Shown in pieces: positions 1 through 13,315 of a stretch of 64,000 nucleotides of DNA. A program made the position numbers and the translations under genes. Source of the DNA: Octopus sinensis (Eukaryota). Location: assembly GCF_006345805.1 (NCBI RefSeq), contig NC_043007.1:59086001-59150000 (forward strand), given 5' to 3'. Every line of letters begins with the position of its first letter. Positions within the stretch are counted from its first letter, which is position 1. Below the pieces are notes generated by a model. The model searched no databases, was not told the DNA's origin, and worked only from the letters and a program-made list of their open reading frames with translations.

Positions 1-177
1 GTTGAAAATTTTCAATAAAGTTTTGATGTAAGACTCATAAATCTATTTGTTTTGGTATCATAATTAAGTAATAAACATAAAATTCTGTCAGCCTTTTTTT
101 TTTAAATGTGCCTTATTGAAATAAATAGTTAATTCTGGGACACCATGTACATAATAATAACCTGGTATTAGAACTCA

Positions 178-484
178 GTGAAAGCGTATGGCCTAGTGGT
201 TAGGGTATTCAGCTCATGGTTGTAGGGTTGTCAGCTTGATTCCTGGTGATGCATTGTGTCCTTGAGCAAAACACTATATTTCATGTTGCTCCACTCAACT
301 GGAAAAAATGAGTAGTATCTGTATTTCAAAGGGCCCACCTTGTCACATTCTGTGTCGCATTAAATCTCCCTGAGAACTACGTTAAGGTTATGCTAATCTG
401 TGGAGTGCATGTTAATTTCACAAACAGGCTGCTCTGTTGATCAAATCAACTTGGACCCTCAACGTCGTAACCAACTGAGTGCCA
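178..484 (+). mobile_element. tRNA-derived SINE with 13-bp target-site duplication
   Basis: A-box TGGCCTAGTGG and degenerate B-box TTGATTCC; TSD gtattagaactca at 165-177 and 485-497. Confidence 0.75.
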
Positions 485-506
485 GTATTAGAACTCAATA
501 TACATA

Positions 507-671
507 GGTGTAGGAGTGGTTGTGTGGTAAGTAGTTTGCTTACCAACCACATGGTTCTGGGTTCAGTCCCACTGCGTGGATCCTTGGGCAAGTGTCTTCT
601 ACTATAGCCTCAGGCTGACCAAAGTCTTGTGAGCGGATTTGGTAGACGGAAACTGAAAGAAGGGCGTCGTA

Positions 672-726
<55 letters not shown>

Positions 727-993
727 CCCATGTATATATATATATATAAATATATATATATGTGTGTGTGTGTGTGTATATGTTTCTGTGTCTGTGTTTG
801 TCCCCCAACATCGCTTGACAACCGATGCTGGTGTGTTTACATCCCCATAACTTAGTGGTTCAGCAAAAGAAACTGATAGAATAAGTACTAGGCTTACAAA
901 AAATAAGTCCTGGGGTTGATTTGCTCGACTAAAATGGCGGCACTCCAGCATGGCCAAAGTCAAATGACTGAAACAAGTAAAAGAGTAAAAGAG
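507..993 (+). mobile_element. Abundant SINE family B (tRNA-like head, CORE-like ttgggcaagtgtctt segment, internal TA/TG microsatellite, (aaaagag)n tail)
   Basis: Same family recurs at about 3348-3546, 21890-22330, 23630-24070, 24240-24600, 28745-29045, 29050-29420, 37430-37790, 51730-51925 and 53122-53317. Confidence 0.8.
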
Positions 994-1450
994 TATTTTC
1001 AGGTTAGTGTTTATTGTAATTTTTAGATTACATTGTCTAAATATACTAATTAACATTTTTAAAAATTTGTCTATGTTGTGTTTGTTCATATAATTGAATA
1101 TGGCAAGTCATCATCTTCTATAATTTCATAATATAAATAGGTAAATGAACTCTGATATTGTCATATCATCATTGCTAATCAGAGAGACACCCAAAAGCTC
1201 ATTTCCATGTTTCTTAACCCAGAAGAAATTATCATGAAATGAATATAATTCACCTGGATTTCTGGTTATATTGATGTTGGTAATTAAGGTAAGCATTTTA
1301 CCAAACTGTAGAGCTTTCAGAAGACTTCTGCAGTTGGCTAGGTATCAAACTGAATGAATCCTATTTTGTCTTCAATATTATAAAACCTTTCTCAGTCATA
1401 CTACTACAATTCCATAGTTTTATGTTGATTACTAATGTAATTTTTGTATT

Positions 1451-2394
1451 TCCTCATCCATTCTTGCCACATGCCCATACCAGTGCAGTTGTCTCTCTTG
1501 CACACCACATCTGATGCTTCTTAGTTGGACCTAAGAAGCATCAGATGTAGTGTGCAAAAGAGACGACTGCACTCGTATGGGCATGTGGCGAGAATGGATC
1601 AGGATAGCTGTGGGGAAAAGTGCCACACCCTAGCAGTTGAAGGAACCTATGGAAGAGGTAGACCCAGGAAGACCTGGGATGAGGTGGTGAAGCATGACTT
1701 TCGAACATTAGGCCTCACCAAGGGAATGACTAATGACCGAGACCTTTGGAAATATGCAGTGCATGAGAAGACCCGGCAAGCTAAGTGAAACCATAACCCG
1801 TGGCCTATGCCAGGGGTGTAACCAGCCCACTTATGCATACCTTTCCTTCATTGGACTCTAAACTCTGCTTGTGAAGACCTGTTGAGGTAAGTGAAATCGA
1901 ATCAAATCAAATTCACAAATTCGATGACTGGCACCCATGCCAGTGCACCATCCAAGTGTGATTGCTGCCAAAGCAGTTGCCTGGCTTCTGTGCTGGTGGC
2001 ACATAAAAAACACCATTCGAGCATGATCGTTACCAGCGTCGCCTTGCTGGCACTTGTGCCAGTGGCACATGAAAAACATTTGAGTGAGGTCATTGCCAGT
2101 GCCGCTGGACTGGTTCCTGTGCCACTGGACTGGCTCTTGTGCAGGTGGCACGTAAAAAACACCACTTGAACGTGGCCATTGCTAGTACCACCTGACTGGC
2201 CCTCATGCCGGTGGCACGTAAAAGCACCCACTACACTCTCGGAGTGGTTGGCGTTAGGAAGGGCATCTAGCTGTAGAAACTCTGCCAGATCAGATTGGAG
2301 CCTGGTGCAGCCATCTGGTTTGCCAGTCCTCAGTCAAATCGTCCAACCCATGCTAGCATGGAAAGCAGACATTAAACTATGATGATGATGATGA
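1451..2394 (+). mobile_element. 5'-truncated RTE-clade LINE 3' end with foldback at the truncation point
   Basis: ORF 1525-1788 has RRL.WYGHV.RM...GRGRPRKTW (RTE C-terminus), followed by a long 3' UTR and a (GAT)n tail. Confidence 0.85.
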
Positions 2395-3515
2395 ACATAT
2401 TTGCTGGTTATACTCATTTCACGTTTCATGGATTAATTAGCCCATATTTGAAGTTCTCTAGAAAGTCATCCTTGTCATATTTAAGTGCTAAATACAGCTT
2501 ATATAAGTTGAGGTATTTTATATGATGTAGTTTTAATACAAACTATGTACACAAAATTGTATTTTCTATACAACAAAAATAAAGTTATTTTGTTCAGGAA
2601 TGTTACTGTGAACATATTATTTTCACACAATAGTTGTTTATGTGAATACTTGTCACTCAGGCATGTAAACTTTTCATTTCAAAAGTAATAAAACTTAGAT
2701 TCACCCTTACAAATTTTTCTTTTTACAGTTAGTATTCATATGATTTGACTCAGCAAACATTGTTATGATTTAGAGTGACTCCCCTTTGCTTCACTTCACA
2801 CTTTACCCACATTGTCATTGTCATAAACATTCATTACATAACTAAACTGCTCTCTGCCCTATGATGTTGGAATACAGAGAGATAATTATCAAGTGTTTCT
2901 TTAGATTTTACAGTTTTCAAATGCCATGAGACAAATCTCACCCCATACTCCTATTTAACAAATTTTTTATCAAAATCTGTGTATTTCATACAAACTCTTA
3001 GTTTATTTATTGCTGTTCTGTGAAACATAAGGTTTTCTTTCCTTCTTTTCTCAGTTGATTTATTTAACTGTTAATTTTCCCAGATGACATGGAATCATAA
3101 TTTAAAATGACTGAGACTATCAGTGCAGTATTATGATGTTTATGTTCTATAAAACTGTGCCTTAACTGTTTTTACACACTTCTTCATTTCTTCTTTCACT
3201 TGAGTTCGACAAGTAGCAATACATGAACAAAAAATTTATACTCCTGACATATATTCTCTTTCTCAAGTGCTTAACAATGATACTTATAATATTGACAGTA
3301 AGTTTCTCTCAGAATTTTATAAAACTTTCATCTAAGTAGAATTTATTCTTTTACTTGTTTTAGTCATTGAAATGTAGCCTTGTTGGAGCACTGCTTTACA
3401 GTGTTAGTAAAACAAATCATTAATTGTTTTAAATGTGGTGCTTATTCCATCAGCTCTTTTGCTGAACTGCTAAGTTACAGGGATGTAAGCAAACCAATAT
3501 TAGTTGCCACACAAT

Positions 3516-3550
<35 letters not shown>

Positions 3551-3579
3551 AATTAAAGGATAAACAGGCAAACAACTAG

Positions 3580-6390
3580 TATCAGGTCCGATTCTGACAT
3601 TTATATATTTAAATAGGAGGGTTGGGGTGTTACAGGAATAATGATCACAAGAGGTCAATAAAACAATGGTTACGGTATATGCTAGCATTTACCAGGTGTT
3701 ATATGGTAAGTCCAGATTATTGGTATTAGGTAAAGCTGGTAAGTCCGAATTATTGGTATTAGGTCATTGTAGGTAGAATCCAAAGCTGGATGAGAAGAAA
3801 GGAGAAAGGAAGGAAGAAGGTGCACAGATACTTTCTTATGGCTGTTTCAAGAATAGATATGTAGATGGTGCATTTCTCTGCAAACAATTGACAGCTAACA
3901 TTATAGATGCAATCTATTCCATCACTGGAAGATGAATGAACTAAAGCCTTAACAGGAAGTAATGATTTATTAGTTATGTCAGAGATATACAGAGGTGAAC
4001 ATAAAAGAAGAAAGGCAGAGTACAAGGTCATAATAATAGTAAGATAGATAAAAATTAACATGAGAAGAGATAAGATACGAGGGGCGTTCAATAAGTAATG
4101 CCTCTGACCCACTTGCAGTTGTTTGATCTAGCTGAAATTTTGCATGTGCAATTATTTATATCTCTATAGATTAAGTGGCAAATTACAGCTCTGAACTAAT
4201 TGTGGTTTCCGATTTACAGGTGTTTGAACTGAGTCAAGTGTGAAATGGAGCATGTTGAGTGTCGAGCGGTGATCCGGTTTTTGTATTTGAAAGGACGCAC
4301 TCCACGGGAGAGTTTTGATGAAATGAAAGTAACTTATGGTGATGATGCCTCATCGTATGATCTTGTAAAACGCTGGCATCGTGAATTCAAACATGGTCGG
4401 AACTCTGTGGAAACAGCTCCCAGATCTGGTCGCCCCCTTCTGCCATTGATGAGGCATCTGTCTGTCAAGTTGAGGCTGCCATTTTGGAAGATCGACGCAT
4501 AACTATTCGCCAAATAGCCCATGAGGTCAAGATTAGTACCAGGTCTGTGGAAACTATCATTCATGACCATTTGCATATGCAAAAGGTGTCTGCCAGATGG
4601 ATTCCCAGGTTGCTCACACCTTTCCAGAAGCAAGAACGCGTCGATTGCTCGAGGATGAATTTGGAGATGTGCCAAGAAGATGAGTCAAAATTTTTCAAAA
4701 GACTGATTGCATAGGATAAAACCTGGGTCCATCACTATGATCCAGAGACCAAAGCCCAGTCAATGCAGTGGAAGCACCGTGACTCACCTCCTCCAAAGAA
4801 GGCAAGGGTGCAGCCCTCCGCTGGCCAGATCATGCTTACAGTCTTCTGGGACCAGGACGGAGTAGTGAAGACAGATTTCCTGGCAAAGGGTGCCACAATT
4901 ACAGGAGTCTATTATGCTTCACTTTTGAGGAAATTAAGAGAAGCTATCAAAATCAAGAGGCGGGGCAAGATCAGCAAAGGCATCCTCCTCCTGCAGGACA
5001 ACGCTCCGATCCACAACTCGCGTGTCGCCAGATCAGAAGCACAGGCGTGCGGCTATGAACTCATCCCCCATCCCCCCTACTCTCCTGACCTTGCACCCTC
5101 TGATTTTCACCTCTTCCCAGCCATGAAGTTGTTTTTGAAAGGAAAGCGTTTCCCAGATGATGCAGCCTTGATTTCTGAAGTCACGTCGTGGTTGGAGGAC
5201 CAAGCTGGGGTCTTCTACAAAAACGGTCTTCAGAGATGCATCAAACGATGGGAGAAATGCGTAACTCTGGGTGGTTCCTATGTAGAAAAAGACTAATAAC
5301 TGTTCCAAGTTTCATTGCTCTACTGCTATGGGAAGTGGGTCAGGGGCATTACTTATTGAACGCCCCTCGTATATACCGTTCAAATGTTAGAAGAAGGTAC
5401 ATAGAAAGAAGTGGCCAGTACCAATATGTGCAGGGAAGGGAAACGCTGAGTGGGGTGGTGAGAGGAAGATCATGAATAGCAGCAGAATATAGGGTAAGTA
5501 AATTAGAATTATCAGTTAGCTAGACTAGCCACCAGGTGTCAGGGGGAACATTATATATGAAGAAGAGGCATAGAGTTTCAGGTGAGGGGTAACTTACAAG
5601 ATGAAGTATACTTACTAACCACCAGCTGTGTGGTATGGTGATCAATGGATGTAGGAAGGAAAGGGTTATGCTAAATAGAGAAGGGGAGAGGCAAGAGGGT
5701 TGAGAAGTAATGTTAGTATCTGATTGTAAACCAGCTGACCACAAGGGATTCAGGTTTATAAGCTTATAACCTATAAAATACATAATGAGGGTAGTGAGTG
5801 TGATTTAGATGTATGCTTATGTTGATAGTTACTTGAATAAAGAATTTATTTATTTTGACGATAAGGAATTAATATTAATTTCAAATTTTGAAAGTTAATG
5901 AAGAAGATTTGTTGTGTTTTGCAGATTTAAAAGAGCTCAGGTGGGCAATGTATTGGGTGTTTAAAATGGAAGGTGACACCAATGTATATTCTGATAGAGT
6001 TTTGTTGTTTGTTAAGAAAAATAGATTTATAAACAGCATTAAATCTGTAGCAGTTGCTTTATAATGAACAATTACTAAGTATTTTACAGTCGCATCATTT
6101 CCTGTTAAGCTCCTTTGCACTATATTTGTTGTTAGTATTATTACTAAGATATCTATACAGTGTTAAACTGTGTCCATCAGATTCATCTCCCTCATATATA
6201 CTATATTCTAGAGTGTTGTATATACTGTTATTAGTATTTGCATTAGCACTAGTTGTAGTGGTGACAGAATAGGGGTCCTGTTCTCAGAGAGGTTAGTTGG
6301 GTTGTTCACATTCTTGCCTATATTTTTATATTTAGTCATCTTGTGGTGGTTATCAATCTCAGTATTCATAAGACTGGCACCATTGTTAGG
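3580..6390 (-). mobile_element. Decayed Penelope-like element (GIY-YIG remnant) interrupted by a mariner
   Basis: Frameshifted remnants ..VHYKATAT.. and IYIGVTFHFK/QYIAHLSSFKSAKHNKSSSL around 5880-6080. Boundaries are approximate. Confidence 0.55.
4078..5369 (+). mobile_element. Full-length (1292 bp) mariner DD34D transposon, transposase disrupted
   Basis: 37-bp TIRs at 4078-4114 and 5333-5369 (1 mismatch), TA duplications at 4076-77 and 5370-71. WIPRLL, DKTW, QDNA and YSPDLAPSD motifs, with 34 aa between D2 and D3. Frameshift near 4440 and TAG at 4712-4714. Confidence 0.97.
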
Positions 6391-6397
6391 GCTGTTG

Positions 6398-6429
<32 letters not shown>

Positions 6430-7079
6430 GTTGTTATTGTTATTATTATTACTATTGTTATTTTTATGTTATTAGAGTTGTTGCCTTCATTACCAATCAT
6501 AATACTGGTTTCAAATTTTGGCACAAGGCCAGTAATTTCGGGAGTAGGAGTAAGTTGATTACATTGACCCTGAAAAGAAGAAAGGCAAAGTTGACTCCAG
6601 CAGCATTTCAACTCAGAACATAAAGATGAATGAAATGCTGCTAAGCATTTTGCCCAGTGTGCTAATGAATCTACCAGCTTGCTGCCTATTAACTGTCATA
6701 ATATTAGGCTTGCTAATGCTGCCAAAATTGGCCATGCTGCCATTAAAGCTTCTGTGTATGTTATAATCATCATCATCATCATCATTATTATTATTATTAT
6801 TATTCTATGCTTGAATTTTGCTTTATATTTGTACAAGTTGGCTCCAAGTCTCACCCAGAGACCTGAAGAGACAACGGGCTGGAAGTTCATGTTGTTGTTA
6901 TGCCTAGTGTGCCATATATATTTTTTTTTTTAGTGTTGTACTAGTGAATGCCTAAAAAAATTAAAATTATGTTTGTTTTAAACTTTGAGATTACATAGAA
7001 AGTATTTTGCGTAGGATATGAGCAGTTCCCATGAGCACTATCTTTTGAATTTCTGCCATTTTGGGGTTTCCTGGTATCT

Positions 7080-7117
<38 letters not shown>

Positions 7118-7210
7118 TAGGTGGTGACTTGGCAGAATCATTAGCATTGCTGGGCAAAATGTTTTGTGGCATTTCATCTGTCTTTATGTTCTGAGTTCAA
7201 ATGCTGCCGA

Positions 7211-9660
7211 GTTATCTTGTAAGGTACTAATGTTGATAGAGAAGATAATGAGGGGATAGGCATAGGTATGTCATAAAGACCATGGAAATATGCAAATAAG
7301 TGTTATGTGTGAGGGATGAGTTCACACTTTGACTTATGGAAAAATTTAAATGTGCAGAAAAATTTGTGTTTACAATTTGTGAAGGCTTCATTTTGTTTGT
7401 TGAGTAATTGCAGTGAGTAGTGATTAAAATCTTGAGGGCTTCTTTTAGGCAGAGTCCTCATGTGGAGCGTTGGCCCTGACATGGGATGCCAGAATCTATT
7501 ATAGCCCAAGATATCCTGTATTGTATTTTCCTATTAATTAGATGGTGTATGTGGCTGGCTACAGATGTGGAATTGCTATACTCTTTATATTTAAATGAGT
7601 TTAAATGTGCAGAGTATCTTTGTTTGAAATTAATGGTAGATCCGATATAGTAGCTAATGGAGTTATTTAATTGGTTGTGGACAGTGCATTGATATACCAT
7701 GTTGAACCTTCTGCAGTAGGCTTGCAATGAGCAATCAGTCCCAGATCTGCAGTTGCAGCTATCTGTTCTAAGTTGGTTAGTTGGAGAGAGAGATGGAGTT
7801 ATGCTATTTGCAGACAAGTTAAAGGCTTGGGTTGTATTAGGTGATTGGTTCATGTTATTGATGTTGCTGTTATTATTATTACCTCCGCCTTAGCAAAAGC
7901 AGAGGTATTGTTTTGAGTCATGTTTGTTTGTCCAAGGACAAGATATCTCAAGAATTGCTAGATGGATTTGGATGAAACTTTCAAGGATGTTTGGTCTTGT
8001 GACTGGTTACAGTCTCATTAGATTTTGGTATCGATCTGGTACCAGACAAGGATTCTGGATTATTTTTGCAATTTTTTTACTTTACATGTAAAATTTCACG
8101 TAGTTCTCTTGTACACACACACACATATACTCACACATTTTCAGTATTGAACATTACCATCCCATTTCCATTGTACATACACATATACTCACACTTCAAA
8201 CACTGTTTATTGGTTTTTTTCACTCCTTCCTTCATTATTCATCTATCATCCCTTCCTTTCTCATTTATATGATGCTCTCTTTGGCACTTCATTTTATCTT
8301 TCTCATTGTCATTATTTTCTCTCACTCCCTCTCAGTCATGGCTATTTCTCTCACTACTTCTCCTTCACTGTATTAGTATTTCATCTCCGCTCCCTTCACC
8401 TCTCAATGTATATATATATATTTGGATTATTTTTCCATTTGAGAGCAGTCAGGTTCATTTTTAGTATTCTCATTTGTGAGAGCAATCCAGTTTATTTCAG
8501 ATATTCTCATTTTAGAAATGATCACTGGCTAATCATTGAGAGGACATTGGTGTTGCCTTGGCAGAAGCTTGCGCTCTCTGACTGCTCTTGTTATAATTGT
8601 TACTATTAGTAGTAGTATTGGTATTTGTAGCGGTATTGATATTAGTATCAGTATTATTGTTATTATTATTATTATTAGTAGTGGTAATAGTATTAGTAAT
8701 AGTAATATTTTCGGTAGTAGTAGTATTAGCATTGTTGTTAGTATTATTAGTAGTTGTAGTAGAGGTATTAGTGGTTATAGTAGAGTTAGTATTGTTAGTA
8801 CTAGTACTTCTATCAACATTGGTTTCAGTGGTGCATGAAGCTCCGTCAGAGGTGTGGATTATATTATCTAGGTTCAAGCTAGTTATAATTTTAGGGCTAG
8901 GAGTAAAGTTTATGCAGTGTTAGTGTTTTCATAGTATAGTAGGATTGTATATATTTAGATAGTAAGAGCTGAGTTTAAGTTTGTTAGATGAGGTAATAAT
9001 AGATTCTATATTAGGTACAGAGGAGTAGGATAATTTTTCAGTGGATTTGTTAAAGATAGAATGGTATTTGTGGTGACGTGGGTTGTTAGAATCCACTACT
9101 CGAAAGAAGATTTTGGCAAGGCCCTTAATGTTTAAAGCAAATGGGGGTGTGTGCCAGAGAATTGATCTCCCATTGCCTTTATTTGGCAAATTAGAGGAAG
9201 TGTAATTCTTGGTATGTGTGAGAGGAGAGTTGTAGGATTTGATGTTTATATGCTTAGATCGAGTATTATACATGTGGGTGCTAGGTGGATGAGATTGTCT
9301 TGTATGAGGTCTTTCAACATTTCTGGTGGTGGTATTAGTTAGCCTATCTATTGTGGGAGGGTTTGGGTGTCCAATATGTGGGCATGCTTGCCTAGGGTTA
9401 ATTTTAGAGAGGTGTTCTTTATGTTTAGTAGCCATCAAAATTTTAACTCATAACTCACTGCAATTATTCAACAAACAAAATGAAGCCTTTACAAATTGTA
9501 AACACAAATTTTTCTGCACATTTAAGTTTTTCCATAAGTCAAAGTGTGAACTTATCCCTCACACATAACGCTTATTTGCATATTTCCATGGTTGTTATAA
9601 TATACCTATGCCTATCCCCTCATTATCTTCTTTATCAACATTAGTACCTTACAAGATAAC
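7211..9660 (-). mobile_element. Penelope-like element (thumb/linker, Asn/Thr-rich spacer, GIY-YIG) with an inverted copy of its own 3' end
   Basis: ILWHTPPFALNIK..IFNKSTEKLSYS (8929-9438) and MVYQCTV..YYIGST..FKQRYSAH (7458-7853). Arms about 7211-7430 and 9440-9660 are inverted repeats. Confidence 0.85.
7876..8592 (+). mobile_element. Helentron/DINE-1-like non-autonomous element nested in the Penelope ORF
   Basis: 5' ttattacctccgcc..gcagagg hairpin, 3' gccttggcagaagcttgcgctctctgactgctcttgtt end, TT flanks. The Penelope low-complexity frame resumes on both sides. Confidence 0.6.
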
Positions 9661-11087
9661 TGTTAATTCTTTACTTTAACCTATGGGTTTTAATTTATCT
9701 TCTAAACTTTAAACATTAACCTCCTAGATTCCAAATGTTAAATTGTAACTTTTATTCCTAAACAATTAAATATTTAACTTGTTTCTCCATTCATCCTTTA
9801 ATATACTCCCATAGGAAGGAATATATCTATTACTACTGACCATAGCCATTCAACAGACACAAATATTATGTTGGACACAGTGTGAAACGACTGTTATTAT
9901 CATTAGGCCTAACTTATCTTAAAGTCAATACCACCATGACTGATATCCAAACTACAGTGGAGAAGGCTAGCCACTGGATTTGGTTAAAAAGAGATAATGA
10001 GCAATGGCTAGAGAAATAGTGAGCTTTATTTAATAACCAGTTGATCTAGAAAGCGGGGTCTCATATCAGTGTGTGGAGCCGGTGTGCATTGATGCCGTTG
10101 AGAAGTAGGCCCCAAAATGGCACGCATTCTCTCCTGATGACCGCATACACTTGCTGGCTTCCGGTATGTGGAGTTCTCAACTGGTAGCACTTGCATGTGC
10201 AAGTTGTTTGCAAGACATTTGCTTGACATCATGCCCCAACCCTAAACATGAGGAATGGTGCTGGCATCTATTATTCTCTTTATTTATTTTCCTATTCTCT
10301 CTGAACCCCTTTTATTTATATTTTATTTTACCTTCCATTATCTTTGACCATTCCTGCAGAGCAATCCTTGTTAATGACCTGTCACTTACCTTCCTCTATC
10401 TCCATCTCCTCGTTAGCCTCTCTGTCCCTTTCTTTCTCCTTCTCCCTCCACTTTGCTCAATAACTACTTCTACTGTTATTCTCTCACAAACCAGCCACAT
10501 AAATATGAACACACTAACCCCATTCAAATCAAAATATTACCTGGATATTTAAGCTGTGAAAACACTAATTATACTTTACGATAATAAGTCCTGGATTTAC
10601 CTAGGATTTTACCTAAGGACATAAGGACTAACATCCATACTCTTGGAAAAATGAACTGTGACTTTTATTTCTTTATTCCCTTATTTGCTTATTATTGGTA
10701 AATTTTCATGTCTACATCTCTTATCTGAATATTCCCATCTCTAGATCCTTTATATTTTCTATTTGTTTCTGATGTCAGAATACCCCATATTCAGGCATAC
10801 TCACCTATCACTTGAGATATACCAGAAACAGCTGTAAGACCATAAATAATTTAAGAACAATAATGTCTATGACTTCAAATACTTGTTATGCCTTGGCATT
10901 TGTTGTCCGCTTTCACAAATATAAATCCACTATATCGGAAACCTAAAATGGTTCCATAGCCCCTGTCTCAGTCACAAGATTGGAGTCCTGATAATCCGTT
11001 GCAGCACTTACCTAGTGTACATATTCATTTAGATCACCAGTGAACTAACGCCCCATATTCTGTATTATGTATATATTTATGTATGTA

Positions 11088-12630
11088 TGTCATTATTCAG
11101 TTTATTCCAAGATTTCTTGCCCATAGAGAAAGAACCAGTTTCTAACCTAGATCCAAGGCTCCTTCATTGGAAGTTCAACATCAATAACAGGGTATTTTTA
11201 TTTGTATGTTTGTATGTATATATGTATGTATATGTGCAGAATTGTATGTTTTGTTTTATGTCTGTATTCTCATGAATATACTTGTGTATCTAGACATGCT
11301 CATATATATTTAAATGATAAACTTCTGGAAAGTTTTACAGACTTTTGCAGTTCCAGTGATGGATTGGATCTGTAGCCTTCAAATTAGCTTTCGCCTTCCT
11401 GGTTTTGTTAAGTCTAATTTCTCAAGATTGGTATTTAGGCAGTGTGTTACATATCCCAAGGCCCCAATCATTACAGGTATAAACCTGAACTTGTAATCTG
11501 GATAGAATAACTCCAGATTTCTCAATAGTTCAGCATAGATGTTCTCCTTTTCACTGAGTTAACATCCACTGGGCAGCTAATTTCCACAACTGTACAAAGT
11601 TTCTCTTCTCTATCCCAAATCAATACATCAAGTCTCTTGTGCTTACATTTTATTGAGGTCTTCACTGGTACATTCCACCAGTATTCCTTTCTATTATAAG
11701 TGGCTTTGGCTTCTACCATATTGTGGGTTCTTATTTCTTTGTCCTCAGGATTATCCTTCCAACGGATTTCATTATAGAGTGTCCTAGCTGCAACATCATG
11801 TCCCATCTGTAGATAATACCGTGGTTATGATGTAGGTGATATCTTCAGTGTGAACTCCACAAAGTCTGCATTGGTTGTTACATTTTACGACTTTTCCTGC
11901 ATCTCCATCCCTTTTGTGCATCAGGTACTTGGTTGATATTTCCTGTTCCTGGATTGCAAACACATACCTTTCAAAGTGAGAGGTAGTAATCTGGCTTTTG
12001 ATCGATGTTATTATCATTATGAAGCTTTCTACTAACATATCCATGCATAGTCTTCTGCTCATATAGCCTCATCCTTTCATCTGATGATACGTTGTGGTAG
12101 AATCATGCAACTTCTTTGGGTATGTATTCTAGGTTATCAGACAAAGAGTGTTGCTCAAGGAGGTGCCTTCCAAGTCTTATGATGTTATCAGCCTCATGTA
12201 TACAAACTTGGTCAAGGGATGCACTTCGATACTTGGTGGTTAAAAGATGTTGCCGAAGGGATATGATGTGACATTCAAAGGCATTTTGGATCAATGTTAA
12301 ACCTCTGCTGCCTTGTTTTTGTTTTAGGTAGAGGTGGTCTACGTCACTGTTTATGTGGAAATTATGTGTGCTTGTTAGTATTTTGGGGGTTTTCACATCA
12401 ATGGCTCGGATCTCATCAAGCATCCATTGAAGCAGCCCAAATGTTGGTATGAGTACTGGCACCGCAAACACATTCTGGGCCACTGTTTTATTGAATGCAG
12501 AGAGTTCTGAGGTGCAATTTTTCTTTATTCGGCTATAATATTCTTTAGTGACATGTGTTTTATTACAGGTGTCATTGTAAGATATATTTTCATCCACCCC
12601 TAGATACCTGTAACATTCCTCATCATGCAT
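11088..12630 (-). mobile_element. R4/Dong-like RLE-endonuclease non-LTR retrotransposon, 3' fragment
   Basis: FAIQEQEI.T..L, CRLCG...E.I, HD.VAR.LY, KHKR(P)D++IWD..K.C.++EISCP (PD-D/ExK RLE) across broken frames. Its 3' UTR (11088-11185) recurs at 57830-57925 on the plus strand. Confidence 0.85.
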
Positions 12631-13090
12631 GTATTCATGTATGTATGTTTATGCATGCTTTTGCATCTCAATAGATGTATAAAAAACAATGTGAAATGCA
12701 AAATCAACAGTAAAAAACATTCAACATATATAGTTTATATCATTATTATTATTATTATTATTATTATTTATTTTTAATGCTTTCCTGCCAGTTGTTTATT
12801 GCACCAATAGGTGCATTTCTACTTAGTTGCACATAATTATACAGTGTTGTTTTTGAATAATGAGTAAGTTGGGTGGTGTGGAGAGTTGTTTATGCTACAT
12901 AGAAATGTACTGCATTCTTTCACTCTTGTTTTGGGTGAAATATCAAATTTTTTTCTCTACAACTTATTTTCATACAGACTCAAATAACTGAAGGAGGATA
13001 ACATGACTAGGATGCAAGGGAGAATATAAATTTTAGAGTATATGATGAGTGTATATGTGCGCATGCATGCATGTGTGTGTGTGTGTGTGT

Positions 13091-13125
<35 letters not shown>

Positions 13126-13315
13126 GGGGTATGTGTGAAAATGTGTAAGAGTGGAAATCAAAGAATTATAAATGTGTTGTGTCTATTACTCTATGAATAT
13201 CTTACTCTCTTTTAGAATTACATGGATTATTAAGTAGGAGCATGGAAATAACTGTAATTAGAGCTGGGAACCCCTCCTTAGATAGATTCTATCATCCATC
13301 AGGTTCAAAGTTCCT

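Noticed and set aside
1180-3130. Plus-strand splice-like signals (donor near 1288, acceptors near 2728 and 3053)
   Set aside because: All frames close quickly; no coding exon could be supported.
9830-9900. Hammerhead-like relic CTGACCA...GAAACGACTGTT in the Penelope inverted arm
   Set aside because: G8 is lost without compensation and stem I does not pair; at best a dead relic.
10125-10195. CTGATGA followed by an 8-bp hairpin
   Set aside because: No GAAA after stem II and no stem III partner in type I, II or III arrangements.
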